From contig JAEWQP010000002.1 in NCBI GenBank assembly GCA_023399155.1, positions 145,593 through 209,592 on the forward strand: DNA of 64,000 nt, given 5' to 3'. How positions within the stretch are numbered: position 1 is the first letter of the stretch; every line of letters starts with the position of its first letter. The translations under genes were made by a program, and so were the position numbers. This DNA comes from Verrucomicrobiota bacterium. Its GTDB lineage: Bacteria > Verrucomicrobiota > Verrucomicrobiia > Opitutales > Opitutaceae. Positions 19,682-29,872 of the stretch are shown in pieces. Below the pieces are notes generated by a model. It made no database searches. It had not been told where the DNA came from and saw nothing but the letters and a program-made list of their open reading frames with translations.

Positions 19682-20525
19682 TGATTGGGCGAAGGCTCAA
19701 GGCCCAGCGTCCGTCGCGGCTTCTCCGCAAGCGCACCGGCGTGTCGAACGTGGCCGATAGGTTGCGCGCGTTGAGGACGTCGTGGATCCGGCCGCTCGCG
19801 ACAACCTGGCCGCGACGCAGCATGAGCACGTGCGTGAAGCCCGGCATGATCTCCTCCACGTGGTGGGTGATGAGCACCAGGGACGGACCGCGTGGGCGCA
19901 GGGTCTCGCGCTGGACGAGCCCGAGCAGATGCTCGCGCGCGATCGGGTCCAGTCCCGCGGCGGGTTCGTCGAGGAGAAGGAGCGGCGGCCGGCCGAGCAA
20001 CGCGCGCGCGACCAGCGCCCGTTGGCGCTCGCCCTGCGACAGCACGCCCCAGGCGCGGTCGGCCACGGCCGCGGCTCCCCAGGCGCGCAGGAGGGCGAGG
20101 GCACGCGCCCGGAGAGTCCCGCCGGGTGGATGCCAGAGGTTGAGCATGGCCTCGGGCCCGCTGGCCACGACATGCAGGGCCGGCTCGTCCGGCTCGATGC
20201 CACGTGTCAGCGCATTGGAGACAAAGCCCACGTGTTTGCGAAGCTCGCGCCAGTCCGTGCGGCCATAGGTCGAGCCGAGCACGGTGACATCGCCTGCGGT
20301 GGGGCTGAGGTAGCCCGTGAGCGCCGCGAGGAGGGAGGTCTTGCCGCAACCATTGGCACCCAGGATGACCCAGTGTTCGCCGCGTGCTACCGACCAGTCG
20401 ATCCCGCGCAGGATGTGTGTATCACCGCGGCGGACACGGAGTCCGCGGACCGCGAGAATCGTTGACGTGGCACGCGGCTGCCGGGCTGCGCCGCCCGCCT
20501 CTCGTTTCATGCGCGATCTTTCCAT
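19677..20525 (-). CDS. ABC transporter ATP-binding protein (orphan)
   Basis: GANGCGKTSLL, LSQGERQRALVARALL, LLLLDEPAAGLD, ITHH. Confidence 0.8.
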   Translation of the reverse strand: MERSRMKREAGGAARQPRATSTILAVRGLRVRRGDTHILRGIDWSVARGEHWVILGANGCGKTSLLAALTGYLSPTAGDVTVLGSTYGRTDWRELRKHVGFVSNALTRGIEPDEPALHVVASGPEAMLNLWHPPGGTLRARALALLRAWGAAAVADRAWGVLSQGERQRALVARALLGRPPLLLLDEPAAGLDPIAREHLLGLVQRETLRPRGPSLVLITHHVEEIMPGFTHVLMLRRGQVVASGRIHDVLNARNLSATFDTPVRLRRSRDGRWALSLRPIR

Positions 20526-20842
20526 GGCTGGACCGGAAGTAGTGGTGTGAATCTAGGAAGAGCAGTCGGACTCGGAGTTCATGGAGGATCGGGCCGAGGG
20601 CACAGAGAGTCGCGGAGGATTCGGCCGCTTCGGCTCATCACCTCGTGGGTGAATCCGCGGCAAGCATGATCGGGTTCCGCAAAGACTGCTCTGTGAACTC
20701 CATGATAGACCTCTGTGACCTGATCGAAGGAGGAGAATCACGGTGAACGAGCCAGTGAGAGCAGGATGCGTATTCAAGGCGACCCTGCCGGGGCCGGGAT
20801 CAGCTTCGGCTGCGGCTCGACGCCTTGCCGACCGGCACGGCG

Positions 20843-22585
20843 TCATGCCGAGGCCGGCAGGCTCAGCCGCATGGTTGTGCCGGCGGGCGACGTTTCCGCG
20901 ACCTCGATGTCGCCGTGATGGCTGCGCATGATGCGCTTGGCGATTGCGAGCCCGAGGCCGGTGCCGCCGCGGCGGCCCGAGAGGAAGGAGTCGAAGATCC
21001 GATCGCCGACCTCGGCCGGGATCCCACCGCCCGTATCCGAGATCTCCACGATCGCCGTCTCCTGCGCGGTGTCCTCGGCCCTGCGGCTGCGGATGGTGAT
21101 CGAGCCGCCTTCCGGCATGGCGTGGGTTGCGTTCAGGATCACGTTGAGCAACACCTGCTGGATCTGGCCCTTGTTGCAGTCGATCACGATCGGCCGGTCC
21201 GCGGGCTCGTAGTGCATGTGGATCCCCGCCTGGTTCAACTTCAGGCGCAGGAGATGGCAGGTCTCGCGGATGATGTCGTCCAGCCCCCAGCGGGAGTGCA
21301 GGCTTTCCGGCGCCTTTCCGAAGGCGAGCACGCGCGTGACGAACTGCTCGAGCTGGTCGAGTTTTTCCCGGATGATTACGACGTCGGTGCGCCGCGGGTC
21401 CTCCGGCGGAAAATCGAGCGCGAGCGCGCCGAAGAGCAGCCGGATCACCGTGAGCGGGTTCCGCGTCTCGTGGGCGATCTCGGCGGCGAGCAATCCCAGC
21501 GTGGTCAGGCGATCATTCTGGCGCAGGCTTTCCTCGCTCTCGAAGACGCGCTGGTAGAGTCGCGCGTTCTGCAGCGCGACGCCGGCGAGGTTGGCGAGCG
21601 CCTTGAACAGGCGCCGCTCGTCGTTGGCGAAGCGATGGAGCCGGTCAGTGTAGACGTTGAGCACGCCGACCACCTCGTCGTCGACGATCAGCGGTGTGCA
21701 CAGGACGGATACAACAGGCAGTCCGCCGGGGATGTCGATGAGGTCGGCGAACTCGTGCTGCTGGATGTTCGAGTACTCGACCTGGCGCCGAGTCGAGATC
21801 GCGGAGCCCGCGAGCGAGTCTTCGATCGCGATCTCGCGCGGCGTCCTGGTGAAGTGGTCCCCCGGCGGATGATAGGCCTGGAGTCGCACGCGGCGCTCCT
21901 TCGCGTGGTAGAGCTGGAGCGAGGCGAGCCGGCAGTGGGCGAGCTGGTGCGACTCGCGCGTGAGCGACTCCATCAGTTCGCCCGGGGCGAGCTTGGCGGC
22001 GAGTTCCCGGGCGACATTGCCCAGGATCTCGAGCTGGCCGGCCTTGCGGCGCAGATGCTCGACCGCCCAGAGGCGGCGCAGCACGCCGGCGCCTTCGTTC
22101 ACGACGGTGGTGAACACCTTCAGGTGGGCGTCGGTAAAGCGTCCTGCGACATCGCTCTCCACGGCCACCACACCGTGAAACTGCCCGTCGACCTCGAGCG
22201 GGCTCACCATGATCGACCGGGTCGCCTGCCGCAGCGGAAGATGGCGGGGTTCCGCCGCGACATCGGACACGACCACGGGGCGCTGGTGGACGACCACCCA
22301 GCCCAGCAGTCCGATGCCGGCCGGGATTTCCGTCCGTATGCTCACGTCGGGATAGCCGCGGCTGCACTCGATCTCGAGGGTGGTGGTGTCGGGATTGATC
22401 AGGGCGACGGCCGTGCCATCGGCGTTGAACAGGCCGGCAATCTCGTCGACGATGCGCGACATCGCCTCGGCCGGCGTGTCGAGGCTGCCGGCGAGCGAAC
22501 TGATGCAATAGAGCGTCGCGAGCACCTCGCGCTCGGGAATGCCGGGCGCCGACGGGGGGGAGGAGCGTGCAGTCAAATCGGACAT
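20843..22585 (-). CDS. GAF domain-containing sensor histidine kinase
   Basis: Two GAF-like segments. HisKA EIAHETRNPLTVI. HATPase [23 protein letters not shown]. Start MSDLTARS. Confidence 0.85.
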   Translation of the reverse strand: MSDLTARSSPPSAPGIPEREVLATLYCISSLAGSLDTPAEAMSRIVDEIAGLFNADGTAVALINPDTTTLEIECSRGYPDVSIRTEIPAGIGLLGWVVVHQRPVVVSDVAAEPRHLPLRQATRSIMVSPLEVDGQFHGVVAVESDVAGRFTDAHLKVFTTVVNEGAGVLRRLWAVEHLRRKAGQLEILGNVARELAAKLAPGELMESLTRESHQLAHCRLASLQLYHAKERRVRLQAYHPPGDHFTRTPREIAIEDSLAGSAISTRRQVEYSNIQQHEFADLIDIPGGLPVVSVLCTPLIVDDEVVGVLNVYTDRLHRFANDERRLFKALANLAGVALQNARLYQRVFESEESLRQNDRLTTLGLLAAEIAHETRNPLTVIRLLFGALALDFPPEDPRRTDVVIIREKLDQLEQFVTRVLAFGKAPESLHSRWGLDDIIRETCHLLRLKLNQAGIHMHYEPADRPIVIDCNKGQIQQVLLNVILNATHAMPEGGSITIRSRRAEDTAQETAIVEISDTGGGIPAEVGDRIFDSFLSGRRGGTGLGLAIAKRIMRSHHGDIEVAETSPAGTTMRLSLPASA

Positions 22586-22889
22586 CGAGGATCGCCGCGA
22601 TTTTCCCCGGCGCGTCGTGTGGCCGCAATCTTCAAGAGCGGGGCCGGGCTCCGTGGGTGCGAGGGCCGCACTTGGCAAGCGCTGCCAGGCGGCGACGATG
22701 GTTCTTCAATTTCCAGAGTGAGGTCTGCGGCGATCGGAAGGTCCGGGCAGGGAGAGGCCTGCGGGCCACGGGAGGTCTGCGGCCGCGAGGTTCCGACGAT
22801 TCGCGGTAGCGGCGACCGCCAGACGCGGGCCGGTTGTAGCCGCGCCTGCCTGCACGGGGCCCGGCGCTGGAGCGGACCTCAGGGCGTGC

Positions 22890-25715
22890 TCAATAATCGA
22901 CCGCTTCGCGGTGTTCCACCGTGATGATGCGGTTGAGCGTATCGCGCAGCTCGACCAGGCGGTGGGTCTGTGCGATCTCGTCCTTGTTTGCGTTTTCGAT
23001 GTAGAACGTGTCGATCGCGAGCCCGCGCTCGGTGTTGATGCGCGCGAAGGTGATGTCGAACCCGTGGTCGTAGATCGCCTTCGAGATGCGGAAGAGAAGG
23101 CCGATCTGGTCGGGCGCCTGCACCTCGACGATCGTGCGCTTGAGCGAGAGCTCGTGGTAGACGTCGATCCTGGGCGTGAACGAGGCCAGCAATGGATTGC
23201 GGTCGCCGCCGAGCAGGCGCGACTGGTGCTTGCGGGCCTGGACAAGGATTTCTGGATACAGGTCCTTATTCGAGATGAGCGCGAGGTGGACGTTCTTGGT
23301 GAACTGGTCCATCACCTTCTGGCTTTGCACGATGCCGCGACCCGGCTCGGCCACGTAAAACGTGTCGATCGCGATGTGGTCGGCCCGCGAGATGATCTTG
23401 GCACTGTGGATGTTCAGGCCGGCGAGGGAGAACGCGCCCGCGAGCTTGTAGAACAGGCCGGCGCGGTCCCAGGTCACGACATTGACGACGGTGAGCGACC
23501 GGTTCAGGTCGTCGCGCCAGTCGATGATCGGCTGGAGCGAACTGATCGTCTCGGTGGAGATGATCGTCTTCAGAAGTCGGTTCACCATCTGCAGGTGCAG
23601 CGCGATCTCATCGTTGTCCGTGTAGATGAAGTAGCGCTCGGGCAGCAGGCCGAAATGCGCGGTGATCTCCTCCTCGGCGACACCGGGGATCGTGCGGGAA
23701 AGAAGGTCGTTCTTGGTCATTTCGAAACGGACGGCGGCCTGTTTTTCAGCAGCAGCCGGTCCGTGGGCAAAGAACTCGAGCGTGTTGCGCAGAAGGGTGG
23801 TGTGGAGCGTGTCCTTGTAGCTGTTCCAGAGCGTCGCCGCGGTCGCGCGTGCGTCGCAGAACGTGTGAACATAAAGGAGGCGAAGCCGTTCGGCGTCGCC
23901 CACCAATTCTGCGAATGCCGTGGTGGTCTGGGGGTCATCCAGGTCGTACTTCTGCCAAAACCGTGCCATCGACAGGTGGTTTTTGATCAGAAACCGGACA
24001 ATCTCCCGGTGCGGCTCGTCGTAGCCGAGGCGCTCGAGGATGGGCTCGGCGACGGTCACCCCGACGTCGGCATGGTCGCGGATGCCGTCGCCCTTGCCGA
24101 TGTCGTGCAGCAGCAGCGTGACGTAAAGGATATCCGGGAGCGCCGTCTCGCGCATGACCCGCCGGTAGCCGGCGTAGGGCTCGTCCGGGCTGGTGAAAAC
24201 CTGGTCGAGCTCCTGGATCGTATTGAGCGTGTGGATGTCCGCCGTGTAGCGGTGGTAGAGCTCGTGCTGGACCAGGCAGGTCAGGCGGTCGAACTCCGGA
24301 ACGAACCGTCCCAACACGCCGAGTTCGTGCATGGAACTGAGCGCTGGATACACGCGACCCACGTCCTCGAGGATGGCGCGAAGGCTGAGGTTCGCCTGGT
24401 GGGACTGGACGACCTTCCTCGTGATCAGGGGCAGGGAAACCCGGATGAGCGCAGCGAGGTCAAAATCGAGCTGCACCCCGAGTTGCTGGCAGTGGCGGAA
24501 AACGCGCACGAGCCGCGTGGGATCGTTTTCGAACACGTCGTCCTTCTCGGCCGCCAGCTCGCGTCCGCGCACCACGAACCCGTCCAGGCGCTTGACCGGA
24601 TCATGACGGCGGGCGCGGATCACCTCGCGAAAGGAGATCTTTTCGCCGTCCTCGCCGTTGCGCGAAAGCGCCAGCCGGTGCTCGAGGATGCGCGAGGTGC
24701 GGTAGATCGTCTGGGCCGCGCGGTAGTAGTCGCGCATGAATACCTCCACGCGCTCCAGCGAGTCGCCCTGGTCGTAGTCGAGCTGCGGCGCCACACGTGT
24801 CTGTTTCTCCAGGTCGAGCAGGTCCGTGGGCTTGCGGCTTTCGAAATGGAGCTGGTTGCGCACGCGCAGCAGGAAGGTGTAGGCCTTCTTGAAATCGCGC
24901 AGCTCGGCCGGCCGCAGGTATTTCATCTCCACCAACTCGTCGAGCTTGTGGACGCCGAGTTTCACCCGGGCCATCCACACCGCGTTCTGGTAATCGCGCA
25001 GCCCGCCCACGCCATTCTTCACATCGGGTTCCTGGAGGAATACGGTGTCGCCGTACTTGGCGCGCCGCTGTGCCTGATCCTCCAGCCGCGCCGTGATGTA
25101 GCCCTTGGGGTTTTCCTTGAGATAGAAGCTCCGATACGCCGACTCGAACTTCTTGAAGGTCGCCTCGGATCCCGTGACGAGCCGGGCCTCAAGCATCGCC
25201 GTCTTGCTCTGCATGTTGGCACGGGCCTCGTTGATCGCGTCGGCGATTGTTCGAAACGAGTGTCCGACCTTCAGGCCGCAGTCCCACAGGATGTAGAGGA
25301 CATGATCGGTCAACGCCTGTTGGAGAGGCTTCACGTCGTCGCCCTTCAGCGTCTCCGGGAAGAGAAACATGATGTCGATGTCGCTCAGGGGGCAGAGTTC
25401 GGCGCGGCCGTAGCCGCCGAGCGCGACCAGAGCCACGGCGGGTGACTCGGCCGTCTTGGTCCCGTCAGCTCCCTTGCCCTTCACGCCCGGGGCCGCGCTG
25501 ATGACCGGGGCGAACAAGCGCTGCAGCAGCACATCGATCAGCGTCGCCCGGGCCAGGGCGACCCGGACGCCCGACTCGCCCGCGCGGTGCCGCATCCGGA
25601 TCATTTCGTCCTCGAGCCGCAGGAACCGCTTGCACGCGGACAGGCGTTTGGCGACCGGGTCGGCGGCGGTGAAATGGAGCTTCTGGCGGGCGTGGGCGAG
25701 GATGCGGGAAATCAT
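22890..25715 (-). CDS. glnD: [protein-PII] uridylyltransferase/uridylyl-removing enzyme GlnD
   Basis: About 940 aa. Nucleotidyltransferase region ALGGYGRAELCPLSDIDIMFLFP, HD domain LLHDIGKG, C-terminal ACT-like repeats. Confidence 0.9.
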   Translation of the reverse strand: MISRILAHARQKLHFTAADPVAKRLSACKRFLRLEDEMIRMRHRAGESGVRVALARATLIDVLLQRLFAPVISAAPGVKGKGADGTKTAESPAVALVALGGYGRAELCPLSDIDIMFLFPETLKGDDVKPLQQALTDHVLYILWDCGLKVGHSFRTIADAINEARANMQSKTAMLEARLVTGSEATFKKFESAYRSFYLKENPKGYITARLEDQAQRRAKYGDTVFLQEPDVKNGVGGLRDYQNAVWMARVKLGVHKLDELVEMKYLRPAELRDFKKAYTFLLRVRNQLHFESRKPTDLLDLEKQTRVAPQLDYDQGDSLERVEVFMRDYYRAAQTIYRTSRILEHRLALSRNGEDGEKISFREVIRARRHDPVKRLDGFVVRGRELAAEKDDVFENDPTRLVRVFRHCQQLGVQLDFDLAALIRVSLPLITRKVVQSHQANLSLRAILEDVGRVYPALSSMHELGVLGRFVPEFDRLTCLVQHELYHRYTADIHTLNTIQELDQVFTSPDEPYAGYRRVMRETALPDILYVTLLLHDIGKGDGIRDHADVGVTVAEPILERLGYDEPHREIVRFLIKNHLSMARFWQKYDLDDPQTTTAFAELVGDAERLRLLYVHTFCDARATAATLWNSYKDTLHTTLLRNTLEFFAHGPAAAEKQAAVRFEMTKNDLLSRTIPGVAEEEITAHFGLLPERYFIYTDNDEIALHLQMVNRLLKTIISTETISSLQPIIDWRDDLNRSLTVVNVVTWDRAGLFYKLAGAFSLAGLNIHSAKIISRADHIAIDTFYVAEPGRGIVQSQKVMDQFTKNVHLALISNKDLYPEILVQARKHQSRLLGGDRNPLLASFTPRIDVYHELSLKRTIVEVQAPDQIGLLFRISKAIYDHGFDITFARINTERGLAIDTFYIENANKDEIAQTHRLVELRDTLNRIITVEHREAVDY

Positions 25716-25968
25716 CGGCGCGGGGGCGGGGTGGAATGAACGACGCCTCGCGCGCGTGAGCAAGGGGTTTTGCGCACGCCGGTGCCGCGCAACGGGCGAG
25801 GGGGCTGCGTGAGCGGGGCCTCATGAAAGGCGATGGGTCGGCCGCGCCTCTATCCACCACCTCCCGCCTTTCGCCCTTCGCCTCTTGCCCCCGTCCGGCG
25901 GCGGTGCCGCCGGACGGAAAACACCCTTGCCCCGGCGGACGGCGATTTTCACGCTGACCGGCTTCGCA

Positions 25969-28704
25969 ATGGCCACCGAGATCTCCCACGCCTACGACCC
26001 GAAAGCGGTCGAACCGAAATGGTACGCCACCTGGCTCGAGCAGAAGTGCTTCGCCGGCCAGGTCGACGCCTCGCGCCCGGCCTACTCGATCGTCATCCCG
26101 CCACCCAACGTCACCGGCGTGCTCACGATGGGCCACGTGTTGAACAACACGATCCAGGATATCCTCATCCGTCGCGCCCGTCAGGAAGGCAAATCCGCGA
26201 TGTGGCTGCCCGGCACCGACCACGCCGGCATTGCCACGCAGTCGCGCGTGGAGAAGACGCTGCGCGAGACGGAGAAGAAAACCCGCTGGGACTACGGCCG
26301 CGAGAAGTTCGTCGAGCGCGTCTGGGAGTGGCGCCACAAATACGGCGGCATCATCATCGAGCAGCTCAAGGGGCTCGGCACGTCGTGCGACTGGGACCGC
26401 AACGTCTTCACGATGGACCCCGCCTACAGCCGGCGCGTGCTCCATGTCTTCGTCGAGCTCTTCCAGCGCGGCCACATCTATCGAGGCAAGCGCATGGTCA
26501 ACTGGTGCCCGGTCTCGCTCACCGCCCTCTCCGACGAGGAGGTGACGATGAAGCCGCAGAAGGGCACGCTCGTGAAGGTGCGCTACGAGATCGTGGAGCG
26601 CCCGGGCGAGTATATCCAGGTGGCCACGACACGGCCCGAGACGATCCCCGGCGACGTCGCCCTCGCGGTGCATCCCGACGACCCGCGCTACGCCGGCCTG
26701 ATCGGCCTGCACGTATGGCGTCCGCTGATGCGCGCGGCGATCCCGATCATCGCCGACGCGGCGGTCGACCCGAAGTTCGAGCAGGGCGCGCTCAAGGTCA
26801 CGCCCGCCCACGACAAGGTCGACTACGAGATCGGCCTGCGCCACAAGCTCCCCGCCATCGACGTCCTCGAGGCCAACGGCAGGCTCAACGACCTCGCCGG
26901 TCCCGGTCTCTCCGGTCTCGACCGCTTCGTGGGCCGCAAGAAATCCATCGAGCTGCTCCGCGAGGCCGGTGCCCTGGTGAAGGAGGAGCCGTATGAGAAC
27001 AACGTCGGCTTCTCCGAGCGCGCCGACGTGCCGATCGAGCCGCGCCTCACCCAGCAGTGGTGGCTGCGCTACCCGCGCGTGGAGGAGGCCAAGGCCGCCG
27101 TGCGCGACGGCCACATCAGGTTTCACCCCGAGCGCTGGTCGAAGGTGTATTTGAACTGGTTGGACAACATCCAGGACTGGTGCATCAGCCGCCAGCTCTG
27201 GTGGGGCCACCGCATCCCGGTCTGGTATGCGAAAGGGATCGACCGCGAGAAGCTTACCGAAGCCGACCTGCGCGATCCGGCGAAGGTGCACGTCTCGCTG
27301 GACGGCCCGGCCGACCCGCAGAATTGGGAGCAGGAGGAGGACGTTTTGGATACGTGGGCCTCGTCGTGGCTCTGGCCCTTCGCGACCATGGGCTGGCCCG
27401 ACGCCGAGGCGGAAAAGGCCGCCGGGCTCGGCTACTTTTACCCGACGAGCACGCTCGTGACCGGACCGGACATCATCTTCTTCTGGGTCGCGCGCATGAT
27501 CATGGCCGGCCTGGAGTTCATGCGGCCGGGCGCGCCGATCGAGCAGCGCGTTCCCTTCAAGGATGTGTACTTCACCGGCATCATCCGCGACGCCCAGGGC
27601 CGCAAGATGTCGAAGTCACTCGGCAACTCGCCCGACCCGCTTGATCTCATCGCCAAGTACGGCGCGGACGGCCTGCGCTTCGGCATCATGTCGATCGCGC
27701 CGCAGGGCCAGGACATCCGGTTTCAGGAGGACCGCATCGAAGGCGGCCGCAATTTCTGCAACAAGCTCTGGAACGCCTCGCGCTTCCGGCAGATGTCCGG
27801 CCCGATGGCCGACAACAGCTCGCTCGCCGCTATCGTGGCGCGAATCGATGCGTCGCGCTTTGACAGCAACGACCATGCGATTCTCGACCGCCTGCTCGCG
27901 GCCGAGGCCGACGTGGCCGCGTGCTTCCGCGACTTTGAATTCAGCCGCGCCGTGCAGACGCTCTACGCGTTCTTCTGGTCGGATTTTTGCGACTGGTATG
28001 TGGAAGTCTCCAAGGCCAAGCTCCAGGACCCCGCCCAGCGCGACACCTGCCTCGCGATCCAGGACCTCGTCATCCGCCAGGTGCTCCTGCTCCTGCATCC
28101 GTTCACGCCGTTCATCACGGAGGAGTTGTGGCATCTTCTTGGATACGCCGATGAGGGTGGGGCGAAGTTCATCCAGAACGTGAGGCCCGGGTGCGCCAAC
28201 GCGGTCGCGGCCCGCGGGATCCGGCTCGATGCCGCCGCCGTGGCCGAGACGCAGCAGCTCAAGGAACTCGTCGCGATGGCGCGCGCCCTCAAGGCCGAGT
28301 CGAATCTCGCGAGCAAGAAGGACGTGCGTTTCTTCGTCACCGCCGCCGATGCGGCCTGGACAACGATCGAGCGCAGCGCAGCGCAACTTACGCGGCTGAT
28401 CGGTGCCGCGGCGATCGAGCGGCGCGATGCAGTCGAGGGTGCGCCGGCGAAGGTCACCCCGCTGGGCACGCTTTATCTCGATCTCGCCTCGGCGGTCGAC
28501 GTGGGTGCGGAGCGCGCCCGCCTGACCAAGGAGCTGGAAAAACTCCACAAGGCGATCGAGAGCACGCGCGCGCGCCTGAACAACGACTCGTTTACGGCCA
28601 AGGCTCCGCCAGCCGTGATCGACGGTGCGAAGAAGCAGCTGGCCGACAACGAGGCCAAGCGCGACGAGATCAACCGCCTCTTGAGCGCGCTCGGAGCGTC
28701 GTAG
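25969..28704 (+). CDS. valS: valine--tRNA ligase
   Basis: MATEISHAYDPKAVEPKWY, class I HIGH motif MGHVLN, KMSKS motif, long C-terminal coiled coil. Confidence 0.95.
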   Translation: MATEISHAYDPKAVEPKWYATWLEQKCFAGQVDASRPAYSIVIPPPNVTGVLTMGHVLNNTIQDILIRRARQEGKSAMWLPGTDHAGIATQSRVEKTLRETEKKTRWDYGREKFVERVWEWRHKYGGIIIEQLKGLGTSCDWDRNVFTMDPAYSRRVLHVFVELFQRGHIYRGKRMVNWCPVSLTALSDEEVTMKPQKGTLVKVRYEIVERPGEYIQVATTRPETIPGDVALAVHPDDPRYAGLIGLHVWRPLMRAAIPIIADAAVDPKFEQGALKVTPAHDKVDYEIGLRHKLPAIDVLEANGRLNDLAGPGLSGLDRFVGRKKSIELLREAGALVKEEPYENNVGFSERADVPIEPRLTQQWWLRYPRVEEAKAAVRDGHIRFHPERWSKVYLNWLDNIQDWCISRQLWWGHRIPVWYAKGIDREKLTEADLRDPAKVHVSLDGPADPQNWEQEEDVLDTWASSWLWPFATMGWPDAEAEKAAGLGYFYPTSTLVTGPDIIFFWVARMIMAGLEFMRPGAPIEQRVPFKDVYFTGIIRDAQGRKMSKSLGNSPDPLDLIAKYGADGLRFGIMSIAPQGQDIRFQEDRIEGGRNFCNKLWNASRFRQMSGPMADNSSLAAIVARIDASRFDSNDHAILDRLLAAEADVAACFRDFEFSRAVQTLYAFFWSDFCDWYVEVSKAKLQDPAQRDTCLAIQDLVIRQVLLLLHPFTPFITEELWHLLGYADEGGAKFIQNVRPGCANAVAARGIRLDAAAVAETQQLKELVAMARALKAESNLASKKDVRFFVTAADAAWTTIERSAAQLTRLIGAAAIERRDAVEGAPAKVTPLGTLYLDLASAVDVGAERARLTKELEKLHKAIESTRARLNNDSFTAKAPPAVIDGAKKQLADNEAKRDEINRLLSALGAS

Positions 28705-28814
28705 GGCAGGCGCGCTCACCCGGGCAGGCCGCGCCGTTCCATTCTCGCGAGCCCGCCGCCCGAGCAAACCTTTCCACGGCCTCGTCACCGACAGCTACCG
28801 ACGCCCCGGTGATT

Positions 28815-29128
28815 GTCATCCATTCGTTGACATGAACTCGCGGTCGACCGCTGTTGCGCTCGGGCACGCCACCCGCTGGTTCACCACGCCTTCGGAGAGC
28901 GGCCGGACCTGATCTAGTCCGTTAGCCCGGCAGTGGCTCGGAGCGAGCCGCGGCCGGCGCGAATGTCATCGATTCGTTGACGTTCCCAGCGCTGTGACGC
29001 CACGTGCGGGAACGGCGGCCCCGGAGCCGACAGGATCCCGCGGCGCCTCGGGACTATCCTCCAGAAAGTCACCCAGACGAGCTCCGGGGCCGCGGCAAGT
29101 GTCATTCAATGAGTGACAATGTGCGCGA
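28815..29128. promoter_or_regulatory. three TGTCA-N9-TGACA-type palindromic sites upstream of the Xre antitoxin gene
   Basis: TGTCATCCATTCGTTGACA (28819), TGTCATCGATTCGTTGACG (28968), TGTCATTCAATGAGTGACAATGTGCGCG (29103). Confidence 0.5.
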
Positions 29129-29248
29129 TAGAGTGGGGCGCTTGGGCGTCGCCAGTTGGCCGGTATTGGCGCCGATGTGCGAGCGCGGCCGCATGCGAAC
29201 GTCAAGCTTGCTTTTGTTCACATGTGCACTAGGCTGCGTGTCATCACC

Positions 29249-29668
29249 ATGACCTCTGCCGCCACCGCGATTTATGCCGAGCCCATTGTCACGGCCGCCG
29301 ATCCGACCAGCCCTGCGGCTGGCCGCGTGGCGCTCAAGGGGTTCTTTGCCGTCACCGACCGCTGGGACCTCTCCGCGGGCGAACAGCAGATCCTCCTGGG
29401 CGGGATCGGGCGCACGACCTGCGCGAAGTATCGCAAGCTGCCCGAGGTCGCTCTCGCGCGCGACACGCTCGAGCGGATTTCGTACATCTTCGGTATCCAC
29501 AAAGCCCTGCTCATCCTCTTCGGCTCCGAGGCCCGCGCGACCGCCTGGTTGCGCAAGCCGAACAAGGCCGCGCCCTTCCACGGGCGATCGGCGCTGGATC
29601 GGCTCCTCGCCGGCAGCATCACCGACCTCGCCGCCGTGCGCGAGTATCTCGATGCCATGCGCGGGTGA
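29249..29668 (+). CDS. Xre-family antitoxin with DUF2384 (MbcA/ParS-like) toxin-binding domain
   Basis: LSAGEQQILLGG...ERISYIFGIHKALLILFGSEARATAWLRKPNKAAPFHGRSALDRLLAGSITDLAAVREYL is the characteristic DUF2384 C-terminal region. Lies upstream of a RES gene. Confidence 0.8.
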   Translation: MTSAATAIYAEPIVTAADPTSPAAGRVALKGFFAVTDRWDLSAGEQQILLGGIGRTTCAKYRKLPEVALARDTLERISYIFGIHKALLILFGSEARATAWLRKPNKAAPFHGRSALDRLLAGSITDLAAVREYLDAMRG

Positions 29669-29678
29669 AGACGCTTGA

Positions 29679-29870
29679 GTAGGGCGAGGCCTCCGGCCGA
29701 GCCGCGACCGACGCCCGCCTGCGTCCTGATGGGTTCAGCGTGCACGGGAGGTGTGCACCGAGGGCGGCTCGGTCAATGGCATCGCCCGGCCTCGATCCGA
29801 TTGCGCCACCTTTCTCCCTCTGGCTTTCGTCCTTCAGCTTTTCAGCGCTTCAGTCCTTCAGCCCTTTCTG
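29679..29870. repeat. partial copy of the GC-hairpin repeat with CT-rich tail, between antitoxin and toxin genes
   Basis: GTAGGGCGAGGCCTCCGGCCGAGCCGCG at 29679, degenerate return arm GGGCGGCTCGGTCAATGG, CTTTCGTCCTTCAGCTTTTCAGCGCTTCAGTCCTTCAGCC tail. Confidence 0.7.
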
Positions 29871-29872
29871 CC

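Noticed and set aside
28705-29250. Possible small CDS in the valS-antitoxin spacer (ORFs 28914..29105, 28966..29205, 29004..29252)
   Set aside because: Translations are Arg/Pro-rich without motifs and overlap each other. The region is better explained as a regulatory region with palindromes.
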